From NCBI GenBank assembly GCA_964511175.1, contig CAZEEI010000003.1, positions 77,716 through 141,715 of the forward strand: DNA of 64,000 nucleotides, given 5' to 3'. The position numbers and the translations under genes are program-made. The stretch comes from an uncultured Pseudomonadales bacterium. Lineage in GTDB: Bacteria > Patescibacteriota > Microgenomatia > UBA1400 > UBA1396. The stretch's first letter is position 1. Each line of letters opens with the position of its first letter. Of the stretch, positions 1 through 8,718 are shown piece by piece. The notes beneath the pieces were generated by a model, which did not search any database, was not told the DNA's origin, and worked only from the letters and a program-made list of their open reading frames with translations.

Positions 1-131
1 CAAACGCCCAAAAAGGGAAAAAAAACCACGACCCCCGCGGTGGGTCACGTCCAGGCAGGCCGCCATTAACGCCAGCGCGCTTCACATTCCTTTCGAAAAA
101 AGTTCGGGTTGAGTATATCATAAGAAAGAAC

Positions 132-3100
132 ATGAATGATTTTGAGACGGTTTACGCGGCTTTGAATCCGCAGCAACGGGTGGCAGTGGATGCGCTGGAA
201 GGTCCGGTGCTGGTGTTGGCTGGACCAGGAACCGGCAAGACTCAAATTTTGTCACTGCGAATAGCCAACCTTTTGCGGCAAGTGCCGGGGTTGGAGCCGC
301 GTAATATTTTGGCACTCACCTTTACCAACGCGGGCGCTAAAAATATGCAGCAACGGTTAGTGTCGTTACTGGGGCCAGCTGGGTATGCGGTGAAGTGTGC
401 CACCTTCCACAGTTTTTGCAGTGACGTTATTGCCACTCACCCCGACCAGTTTCCCGTGCTGACCAGTCTCAGTGACGCCGCTGCCGAAGTAGACCGTTAT
501 GCAATCGTCGAAACGATTTTGCGAACTAGTGATTTTCCCTTACTAAAGCCGTTGGGCGACCCCTTCCGTTACGTCAGCCAAGTGTTGAACTTAATTGCCA
601 ATTACAAACGCGAGGGTCACACGGTGTTGACTTTGCGCGCCCTGGCCGAAACCGAAAGGACTGCCGCCGCATCACCTGAACTAAAAAAGAGTGAGGCTGC
701 AGCGCGGGAAAAAGTAGCCGCCAAAAACCTGGAAGTAATTGAGGTAATGGCTGAGTACGAACGGTTAATGCGCGAACGCGGCCTTTATGATTACGAAGAC
801 ATCATTTTATGGGTGCGTGACAGTTTTGCTCAAGATGAAGATTTGCTGCGGCAGTACCAGGAACAATACCAATACGTTTTGTTGGATGAGTTTCAGGACA
901 CCAACCAGGCTCAGTTGCAAGTAGCGCAGTCACTCTTAGGTTACTGGGGGCAGCAGGCAAATATTTTTGCGGTGGGCGATCCTAACCAATCAATCTATCG
1001 TTTTCAGGGAGCCTCGCTAGCTAATACACTGAGTTTTTTGGAACTTTACCCGGAGGCGCGGGTGATTACGCTGCGCACCGGTTACCGTTGCGGCCAGAAG
1101 ATTTACGATGCAGCGGCCGCGCTGATTAAGCAAAATATTCAATCGCTAGCTGATGACCGTTTGGCCGGTTTAGCCGATCCTTTGCAGAGCGCGGCCGCCG
1201 CACCGGGCCAGCTAATTACCTATGCCGCCGCTGATACTCTAGCCGAATGTTTTTGGGTGGTAGATCAAATCCGCTCTTTGGCAGATCAGGGTACACCGCT
1301 CGATCAAATCGCTGTTTTGTACCGTCAACACAAACACTCCCGGCTGTTGGCTAATGTACTAACCAAAGCAGGTATCGCTTACGAAATTAATAATAGCACC
1401 AGCATTTTGGAACACCCGTTTATCACGCAGATCATCGCGCTGTTGCGTTTTTTGGTGCAGCTGCAGGAAAATAGTGAAGCGCCGGCGGTTTTGCCGGTCC
1501 TGCAGCAGCCTTGGTTTAAGCTCAACCCAACCGATATTTTGAAACTGATTCGGGCTGCCCGCACCGCTTCTACGGGCAAAAGTCCCTGGGATATTTTGAC
1601 GGATGAAGCTGCGGCGCGTGCTTTACACTTGAGCGACCCGTCTGCCCTACTGGCGTGGCGAGAGCAAATGATTGCTTGGCAACATCGCAGCGGCCAAAAA
1701 CCGGTGGGTGAGTTAATCGAAAGTGTTTTGCGTGAGGCCGGTATTTTTGCTTTGGCGCTGGCTAAGGAAATACCGCTAGTTGATCTCAATGTGCTAGTTA
1801 GTTTTTTGCACGAGGCGCAAGAATGGTCGCGCCTCAATCCGGCTGGCCGACTCAACGATTGGCTGGACCGTTTAGACCGTATGCGGCGGCACGGTTTGGG
1901 AGTAGCGGCCAAAGACCTAGATTTGCCGCAGCAGGCTGTCCGCCTGTCGACTGCCCATCAAGCTAAGGGGCAGGAGTGGGATTACGTTTTTATTTTGCAC
2001 GCCCAAGATACCTACTGGGGCAACTTGCGCCATAGCAGTGTGCTGAAACCCCTGCCTCACACCGTACCCTACGACGAATTGGATCAGAACGAGCATAACG
2101 AAGATGAGCGCCGCCTATTTTACGTAGCTTTAACCCGCGCGCGTCAGCAAGTAGGAGTGAGCTGGAGCGGTCGGGTGATCGAGGCAGACTACCAGCGTGA
2201 ACTACAACCTACCCAATTTATGGTGGAAATGGCGAGCCAGTCCTGGCAGGAGCAACCTAGTCAATCGCCGGTGGAAACCCAACAACAATTGGCCGCTTAC
2301 TTAACCTCTGAACCAACTCCTTGGTTATCACCGTCAGTGGATCGTCAGTGGCTACACTCGCTACTAGATAATCATTTTTCTCTGTCGCCTAGCGCGCTCC
2401 AAGATTATTTGGAATGTCCGGCTCGTTTTTTGTTCCAGCGGGTGATTCGTTTACCCCAATCACCTCAGCCGCACCTGGCACTAGGTACCGCCGCCCACGC
2501 CGCCCTCGAGTTTGTCTACCGCGAACTTACCACTAGTGGCAACGTGCCGCCGCTAGAGCAGATTCATCGCCGCATCGATCAAGTTTTAGCTAAACTGCCT
2601 TTTGCGCCGGCCGAACTGGCCCAACTGGCCGCCGAAGCCAAGTCACGTCTAACCGCCTATTACGAAGCCAACCAGGCTGAGTTTCGGCCGGCGCTGGAAG
2701 TGGAAAAATTCTTAGGCCGGACCCCACAGATAGTGTTCGAAGGGTTATCGCTTAATGGCAAGATCGACCGCATTGATTGGCTCGAAGAGTTGGAATTAAC
2801 CGTGCGGGTGGTAGATTATAAGGACACCAAGCCTAAGTCGCGCAACGCCATGCTAGGTAAGACCCAGGCCCCGCTAAATTATTTCCGTCAATTAGTGTTT
2901 TACGCCCTGCTGGTAGAGTTGGATAGTGGCATCCCCTATAAAGTGCGCGAAGGGGAAATTATTTTCTTGCAGCCCAAAGCCAGTGGGCAGTACACCACGG
3001 AAACTTTTCTCATCCTGCCGGAACATTTGGACGAACTAAAAACTACACTACGCACCGTGAAAGCGGAGCTAGATGAGCTGGTCTTTTTGGACCGGCCGCC

Positions 3101-3152
3101 GTGCGGTGAGTGCGACGTATGTAAAAATCTAGGTTTGATGAAGGAGCGCTGA
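132..3152 (+). CDS. UvrD/PcrA-type SF1 helicase fused to C-terminal PD-(D/E)XK (AddB/AdnB-like) nuclease
   Basis: Walker A AGPGTGKT, LLDEFQD, VGDPNQSIYRFQGA, TAHQAKGQEW, RRLFYVALTRA; C-terminal SPSALQDYLECP...GKIDRID...VVDYK and CGECDVC. Confidence 0.9.
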   Translation: MNDFETVYAALNPQQRVAVDALEGPVLVLAGPGTGKTQILSLRIANLLRQVPGLEPRNILALTFTNAGAKNMQQRLVSLLGPAGYAVKCATFHSFCSDVIATHPDQFPVLTSLSDAAAEVDRYAIVETILRTSDFPLLKPLGDPFRYVSQVLNLIANYKREGHTVLTLRALAETERTAAASPELKKSEAAAREKVAAKNLEVIEVMAEYERLMRERGLYDYEDIILWVRDSFAQDEDLLRQYQEQYQYVLLDEFQDTNQAQLQVAQSLLGYWGQQANIFAVGDPNQSIYRFQGASLANTLSFLELYPEARVITLRTGYRCGQKIYDAAAALIKQNIQSLADDRLAGLADPLQSAAAAPGQLITYAAADTLAECFWVVDQIRSLADQGTPLDQIAVLYRQHKHSRLLANVLTKAGIAYEINNSTSILEHPFITQIIALLRFLVQLQENSEAPAVLPVLQQPWFKLNPTDILKLIRAARTASTGKSPWDILTDEAAARALHLSDPSALLAWREQMIAWQHRSGQKPVGELIESVLREAGIFALALAKEIPLVDLNVLVSFLHEAQEWSRLNPAGRLNDWLDRLDRMRRHGLGVAAKDLDLPQQAVRLSTAHQAKGQEWDYVFILHAQDTYWGNLRHSSVLKPLPHTVPYDELDQNEHNEDERRLFYVALTRARQQVGVSWSGRVIEADYQRELQPTQFMVEMASQSWQEQPSQSPVETQQQLAAYLTSEPTPWLSPSVDRQWLHSLLDNHFSLSPSALQDYLECPARFLFQRVIRLPQSPQPHLALGTAAHAALEFVYRELTTSGNVPPLEQIHRRIDQVLAKLPFAPAELAQLAAEAKSRLTAYYEANQAEFRPALEVEKFLGRTPQIVFEGLSLNGKIDRIDWLEELELTVRVVDYKDTKPKSRNAMLGKTQAPLNYFRQLVFYALLVELDSGIPYKVREGEIIFLQPKASGQYTTETFLILPEHLDELKTTLRTVKAELDELVFLDRPPCGECDVCKNLGLMKER

Positions 3153-3565
3153 TGAGGCTAACCGGCAGTCAAGAAAATGATCGACGTAATCCTGAGTTAA
3201 TAATCGCCGAGTCACTGCTTGATATGGTGGCTAGTTTAGGCTTAGTTGAAACTGCGGTGATGGCTAGACAGAGAGAGGATTTCAGTCTCAATAAATCACC
3301 AACCGATGCAATTGTTAAACAGCGAGCCAACGAGTATTGGGAATTAGGTGAGATAATGACCGGCCGCTCTAATACTTCCAACGATCGATTAGCCTGGAGT
3401 ATTCTTTTAATTGTTTTCTATTTACCGTGTCAAACCAATTTAGTAAAAAGTGCTTGCCGAGAAGCATTCGCCGACGCACAGGAGATTGCCTTTCAATTGT
3501 ATCGGGATGATTTAGTGGAGAAGTTAACTAATTGGCAACGTTTGGTGTTCGCGCTGCAATCTTAA
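3152..3565 (+). CDS. hypothetical protein
   Basis: 137-aa ORF coupled to upstream stop (TGATG). Confidence 0.55.
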   Translation: MRLTGSQENDRRNPELIIAESLLDMVASLGLVETAVMARQREDFSLNKSPTDAIVKQRANEYWELGEIMTGRSNTSNDRLAWSILLIVFYLPCQTNLVKSACREAFADAQEIAFQLYRDDLVEKLTNWQRLVFALQS

Positions 3566-3605
3566 CGAAACATCTTAATATAGCAAAACGGTTATACTAA
3601 CAGCT

Positions 3606-4175
3606 ATGCTAAGTCACGAATCTTGGTACTCTCAAATTGAAGCCGTTACTCGGTCAATCGAAAAGCACACCGATTCCCCCGATATGTGCTTAGTAAGATC
3701 CGTGCTTTCCTATTTGTCGGAAATTAATAATCAGCCAGTCGATGAAGATTTAATTAAGCAGATGGTATTAATGAGAGTTGAACAATTAGCCGCGCCTATT
3801 CCGGCTAAACAACAGGAATCGGTTCGCAGCACCGCCATTTTGCAACAACTAGAAGAATTTGTTGCAAAAGCGATTCGATTAGTGGGAATCGATTTACAAC
3901 GGCGCCAACTAGAGGTATTCGAAGTCGCAATTCTCTCACTTCAGCAATTGAAAGCGACTCTACAAAAATTGCCAAATGGAGGAATTATCCACTTTAATCC
4001 CCATGCGGCTCACGTTATTTACGATGCGGCTGCGGATCGAATAATCGATGTTTCCGACGGTCTAAAGAAAGCCGATTATGTGCAAGATGTTTTCACCAAA
4101 CACCAGCCGAAAGGTTATGACGGAGAGTTGGTGGGGGTGAAACTCTTATCAATTACCTCGCCATCATTGCTATAA
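3606..4175 (+). CDS. hypothetical protein
   Basis: 189-aa ORF, TATACT 7 nt before ATG; its 3' end has a diverged copy at 5483-5538 with mostly synonymous changes. Confidence 0.7.
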   Translation: MLSHESWYSQIEAVTRSIEKHTDSPDMCLVRSVLSYLSEINNQPVDEDLIKQMVLMRVEQLAAPIPAKQQESVRSTAILQQLEEFVAKAIRLVGIDLQRRQLEVFEVAILSLQQLKATLQKLPNGGIIHFNPHAAHVIYDAAADRIIDVSDGLKKADYVQDVFTKHQPKGYDGELVGVKLLSITSPSLL

Positions 4176-4182
4176 TCATCGC

Positions 4183-5199
4183 ATGAATAAAATAATCCGA
4201 ACAATCTGCCTTTTTAAAAAAGAAGCAACTGATGGTGATATACGTAAACTTACAGAATTGCAGTCCCTATTCGAAAAAAGTGACTTTATTGTCCAAACCA
4301 CCAGATTATGTTCACCAACCGACAATTTTTCTGAATTGGAGAAACGATTATCTGATACCCCAACCTTGCTTAGTGTCGGACGACTGGATTTTGATCAAGC
4401 ACTTTCCCAATTAAGTGATTTCTACCAAACGAAAAATGTTTCTTTTAATATCGAATTATCCCAAGAAAATTTGGCATTAAGACATACCGACGTCCTCTTT
4501 AACATAATCCGGAATGCCTCGGCTAAGACCTTTAATTTTACTTATACCTTTAATAACGCACCCGCTAGCCCTTATTTTCCCTCTGCCGTTTATCAAGAAG
4601 ACGGGTTTACTATTGGTCTGCAACCAACTGATTTATCCATCAGCGCAACCTCGCTCGAAGAGTGGTTCAGTGCAATGCAACAAATTTGGGAAGAAGTTAA
4701 TTTACTGGCTCAGACTAAGATGGGTTATCTTGGACTCGATTCATCGATCGCCCCCTTATTCACGGGGCCAAGCAGTCTCATCAATTTTATCAGGCGCTTG
4801 GGTTTAACTTTTGATCAGTCGGTGCTTACCGATACCTACTTAAAAATAACTCGTTTTATTAAGGAGCATAATCCTCAACCCATTGGTCTTAATGGCTTAA
4901 TGCTACCTGCTTTAGAGGATTTTGAACTTGCTGATGAATATGAGTTGGGCAATTTCAGTTTGGAGAGAAATGTTTTCCTTTCTCTACATTCCGGTCTAGG
5001 TATAGACACTTATCCGATTGGTATTGATGAATCGCCCCAAAAAGTACTGAATATTCTGCAGACGGTCCAGGGCCTATCGAATAAATACCTAAAACCTCTA
5101 TCCGTAAGATTTGTTTCCGACGGGAAAGCCAAAATTGGCGAAGAAACTGATTTTAACAACCAATACTTAAAAGACGTAACCGTAAGGCAGCTATTTTAA
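4183..5199 (+). CDS. DUF711-family protein
   Basis: KIIRTIC...VQTTRL N-terminus, PYFP, GLDSSIAP, GLNGLMLPALED..LA, GLGIDTYPI, KPLSVRF motifs. Confidence 0.7.
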   Translation: MNKIIRTICLFKKEATDGDIRKLTELQSLFEKSDFIVQTTRLCSPTDNFSELEKRLSDTPTLLSVGRLDFDQALSQLSDFYQTKNVSFNIELSQENLALRHTDVLFNIIRNASAKTFNFTYTFNNAPASPYFPSAVYQEDGFTIGLQPTDLSISATSLEEWFSAMQQIWEEVNLLAQTKMGYLGLDSSIAPLFTGPSSLINFIRRLGLTFDQSVLTDTYLKITRFIKEHNPQPIGLNGLMLPALEDFELADEYELGNFSLERNVFLSLHSGLGIDTYPIGIDESPQKVLNILQTVQGLSNKYLKPLSVRFVSDGKAKIGEETDFNNQYLKDVTVRQLF

Positions 5200-5254
5200 C
5201 TACTGACGCGTGCTGCTACTTGCCAAAATACTGGGTTTAGATTAGAATTTAAAA

Positions 5255-5310
5255 CAACTAAGCTAACTCCCCCTGGTTCTTCACGACCCAGGGGTTTTTG
5301 TTAGTTTTTG
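5255..5310 (+). terminator. hairpin/intrinsic terminator closing a short promoter-driven transcript
   Basis: CCCCTGG...CCAGGGG + TTTTT; preceded by TTGCCA(5220)-17nt-TAGAAT(5243). Confidence 0.6.
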
Positions 5311-5338
5311 GTCACTATGGCGTGGTTATAATCACGGC

Positions 5339-5512
5339 ATGCCAAAAACGATCGTGCTTTACGACGGCAGCAATTTTTACAACGGTGCTAAGAGATTGTA
5401 TCCCGACGGCCACTTGTCCAGGTTTAACTATATCGGTTTAGCTGACCGGCTTGTCAAGGACCGACCTGAACAGGTTAATTACAAGGTTACGACGGGGAGC
5501 TGGTGGGGGTAA
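5339..5512 (+). pseudogene. truncated NYN-domain (LabA/DUF88-like) ribonuclease
   Basis: MPKTIVLYDGSNFYNG matches the NYN N-terminal DGxN motif; only 57 codons, running into the repeat at 5483. Confidence 0.65.
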
Positions 5513-5777
5513 AACTTTTCGCAATTGCCTTGCCATCAATTAAGGCATATAGCGAAAGTTTAGATCGAGACGAGTTCCTAAGGTTAATTAGTTCGCAGTT
5601 ATAGCCGTTAAATTTGAGCAATTTTGTCAATCGAAATATTTGGTAGTAAAGGTGTTTATTAGTCAATGCTCCATGGTTTGGTAACTATCTCATCAGCTTG
5701 TTCGATTTATTTGTACATATGTACAAATTAAATGAGTCGCCGAAATAGTAACAGTAACCCTTTGGTATACTCACTAG

Positions 5778-6719
5778 GTGAAATCAGGAATCCGCATTTC
5801 AACCGAAGCAATAGAGAAAATCCTCCAGCTAAATCATCTCCCTCGGCTAGCGTCCCTGCGCGAAATTACCACGGGACTGACCAATCCCGTGTTTGTTATT
5901 AATGAACAGTGTGTACTGCGCGTCGACACCAATACTAGCGAGCAGGATGCTGATCGATTTACCAAAGAAGCATTCTTGTATACCACTTTGGCCAGACATT
6001 CAGTACCAGTACCGCAGTTGTTTTCTTTTGACAATAGCAGGGAAATTATTAACCAAGATTTTTTGCTGCTTTCCTATATTGCTGGTGAGACTCTGGCCAG
6101 TTCATTTAAAAGACAAAGTCACACAGTGCAAAAGTCATTATCTTTTCAGCTAGGAGAACTTGCCTACCAGATTCGTTCTATCGATTTGGACGAATTTATG
6201 AAGGGTGAAAAGTTGCTGCGGAAAAAAATGAATTGGCAGCAAACGGTGATGGCGGAACATACTGCCTATTTTAGTTTAGTCCAAGAAAAAGGATATTTGT
6301 CTCCGAAAGAACTAAGCGAAATCGCCAGTATATTCCAGCAATTTAAAGCCTTAAAGATGCCCACTGAGCAGGAACGTTTGGTGCATGGCGATTTTAGTAT
6401 GGATAATATTCAAGTAAAGGATGACCGGATTGTCGGCATCTTTGATTTTGAATTTGCCACTTTAGGTGATCCGCTTTACGACCTGCAAAAGTTGCCGGTT
6501 CATTTTGGACTAGGCGAAGGTTTTGACATCTCTCTTTTTTGGCAGGGATACAACCATGGTAATTTTAGTGTTGAAGAAAATATTCGCTTTAAAATGTATT
6601 GTTTGAACCAAGGTCTTTGGACAATTTGGGCAACGATAACTCAGCGGTTTCCTTTTGGAGAGGCAGAGATCGCTAGAGGCAAAAATCTTATCCATGTTAC
6701 ACTGCCCTTTAATATATAG
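5778..6719 (+). CDS. aminoglycoside phosphotransferase/choline kinase family protein
   Basis: LVHGDFSMDNI and GIFDFEFATLGDPLYDL motifs. Confidence 0.85.
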   Translation: MKSGIRISTEAIEKILQLNHLPRLASLREITTGLTNPVFVINEQCVLRVDTNTSEQDADRFTKEAFLYTTLARHSVPVPQLFSFDNSREIINQDFLLLSYIAGETLASSFKRQSHTVQKSLSFQLGELAYQIRSIDLDEFMKGEKLLRKKMNWQQTVMAEHTAYFSLVQEKGYLSPKELSEIASIFQQFKALKMPTEQERLVHGDFSMDNIQVKDDRIVGIFDFEFATLGDPLYDLQKLPVHFGLGEGFDISLFWQGYNHGNFSVEENIRFKMYCLNQGLWTIWATITQRFPFGEAEIARGKNLIHVTLPFNI

Positions 6720-6736
6720 AAAAAGAAAGGGACGTT

Positions 6737-7240
6737 ATGGGCAGGCGTAAGGATCAGACTAAAGAAACTGATGAGAGGACGAACGAACCAGCGATAAAAT
6801 CCACCCGATACGATCGTCGTTTACTGTTTGATGCGGAAGAAATTTATTATGCTTTTGAATGGCTTAAACGTGAATATGCTGAAAGCCATGCTCACCCTCG
6901 GTTGTGCAAGAACTGCGACCTTGTTCAAGATGAGCTTTGCAGCGGGTACAGCGCTTTGAGTTGTGATACTCACAATAGTGCTGAGTTTGCCAGATTGATG
7001 AAGCACTGGATTGACGTCGAGTTGCCGAAACTGGATCCTCGCCAGCGTTTTGATGAGATACTTCGGGCTCTGCGGGCAATTGATGAAGGCAAAGTCCCCG
7101 CCAAAATAGGTTCGGAATATACTGAGCTGGTTCGAGCCTTAGCGGCAAAGACTCCCGTAGAAATATGGGCCGAAATACGCCAAAAACTCCGGGATATTGA
7201 TGATGAAGATAAGCGTCAGGCTGCGGCAAAAAATAGATAA
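6737..7240 (+). CDS. hypothetical protein
   Basis: 167-aa ORF with purine-rich RBS. Confidence 0.6.
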   Translation: MGRRKDQTKETDERTNEPAIKSTRYDRRLLFDAEEIYYAFEWLKREYAESHAHPRLCKNCDLVQDELCSGYSALSCDTHNSAEFARLMKHWIDVELPKLDPRQRFDEILRALRAIDEGKVPAKIGSEYTELVRALAAKTPVEIWAEIRQKLRDIDDEDKRQAAAKNR

Positions 7241-7248
7241 CACATTCT

Positions 7249-8586
7249 TTATCGCCACCTCGGCAGGGCAAAATAAAGTTTTCCCCATACTTCGGTTACC
7301 GGTAGGGCGGTCCAATTGGGCAAAAACAGGATAAAAGTTGTGGCGGTTAAAACCACTAAAATCGTTACGGTCCATCGCCCTAGTTTAGTTTCCTGCCAAA
7401 GTTGTATCAATTGTTGACTGAGCAAAATCACGAGGAATGGCAGTGCCGGCAGATAATGATAAAAGAACATGATCCGCGGTGAAGCAGTCCAAGGCAACCA
7501 AGTTAGACCGTAAGCGAGTAAAGCCAAAGTCAAAGCATCGCGTTGCCGCCGTTGCTGGTGCGAAAGGCGTGATTGCCGCCATAAAGTAATGAGATCGCCT
7601 AGACTCCAGCCCACTGCCAACAAGCCGCCCCAAAAAATCCAGGGATTACCCAGCATATAGATATTTTGTAAAACACCAGGTCGGGTGAAATCGGCGTAGA
7701 CATACACCGGCCGCCAATCAAGTGCCCATTCCCAAGGTTTGGATTGGTACGGGTGGGTGGCTTCTAAGTGGGTTTGGTACCACCAGGTTTGGTGCAATAG
7801 TTCTTCAAAGTGGGCCCAGTTATGGCCCTGGGCAAACATTTGGGTGTAACTGAGCAAATAAATCGCCGGAACCAGTAGAACCAAAGCACCTAACAAAAAT
7901 AATTGGGAACGCCATCTTTGCCACCAGTGGGATCGATTGTTCCAAAAAACTAAAACCTGGTCGGCGCCGATGATTACCCCCACAAAAAGACCCGACCATT
8001 TGCTGGCTACCGCTAGACCCGCCGCCGCTGCCACGGCTAGTGCTCGCCGCTCGCTAGGTTGTTTTTTCCAGCGGGCGTACAACCAAGTAGTAAGGAGAAT
8101 AAAGAAAGCCACGTGGGCATCGTTCATAGCAATCCGCGAGGTAGTTAGTGCCAAGCCGTCCAGCGACAGCAGTCCCATGGCCAGTAAAGCCACGTTGGTC
8201 GATAGTCCTAGTTCGAGAGCAAAAATACCAACTAAACCGATCGTGGCCGTGCCAAAAATAGCCGCGCTGAACCGCCAGCCAAAACCGTTTTCGCCAAATA
8301 TCGCCATGCTGGCCGCCTGCGTTAATTTGGCCAGAGGCGGGTGCAGCCAGTCTACGGCCGTATTGGGTTCGGGCGGCGGGTTCGACCATTCGTAGGCGCG
8401 TGAATCGTTGTGGAGGATGAGTTTGGCCGTTACGGCGTGGTAGACCTCGTCAAAGTAATAAGTGCTGGGAATGTTTAAGCGATAAAGACGCGTTACTAGA
8501 GCAAAAATTAAAATGGCGATAAACAGCCAGTTTTGCCGGCCAGTAAGGATGGAGCGAAGCCTGTTCATGCGGGATAAGTTTAACAC
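7249..8586 (-). CDS. GT-C protein O-mannosyltransferase (PMT/GT39-like)
   Basis: YFDEVYH, HPPLAK, GWRF, SKWSG, HPYQSKPWEW, MFFYHYLP; multi-TM; start may be 8568. Confidence 0.88.
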   Translation of the reverse strand: MLNLSRMNRLRSILTGRQNWLFIAILIFALVTRLYRLNIPSTYYFDEVYHAVTAKLILHNDSRAYEWSNPPPEPNTAVDWLHPPLAKLTQAASMAIFGENGFGWRFSAAIFGTATIGLVGIFALELGLSTNVALLAMGLLSLDGLALTTSRIAMNDAHVAFFILLTTWLYARWKKQPSERRALAVAAAAGLAVASKWSGLFVGVIIGADQVLVFWNNRSHWWQRWRSQLFLLGALVLLVPAIYLLSYTQMFAQGHNWAHFEELLHQTWWYQTHLEATHPYQSKPWEWALDWRPVYVYADFTRPGVLQNIYMLGNPWIFWGGLLAVGWSLGDLITLWRQSRLSHQQRRQRDALTLALLAYGLTWLPWTASPRIMFFYHYLPALPFLVILLSQQLIQLWQETKLGRWTVTILVVLTATTFILFLPNWTALPVTEVWGKLYFALPRWR

Positions 8587-8718
8587 GTTGATGCCATCTT
8601 TTTGTTATTTCGACATGATAGTTACTTACCGAAGTTACCCATACTTACCAAATGGTAAGTAACTTTCCCGCTAAAATTGCCGCAAAGAGACTTGGAGTGT
8701 CCGTTATAGAATGGGGAT

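Noticed and set aside
1-110. Homopolymer-rich stretch at window start
   Set aside because: No interpretable ORF or structure; may be low-quality contig-end sequence
4111-5538. DGR template/variable repeat pair
   Set aside because: Mismatches are not adenine-specific and are mostly synonymous; no reverse transcriptase in the window
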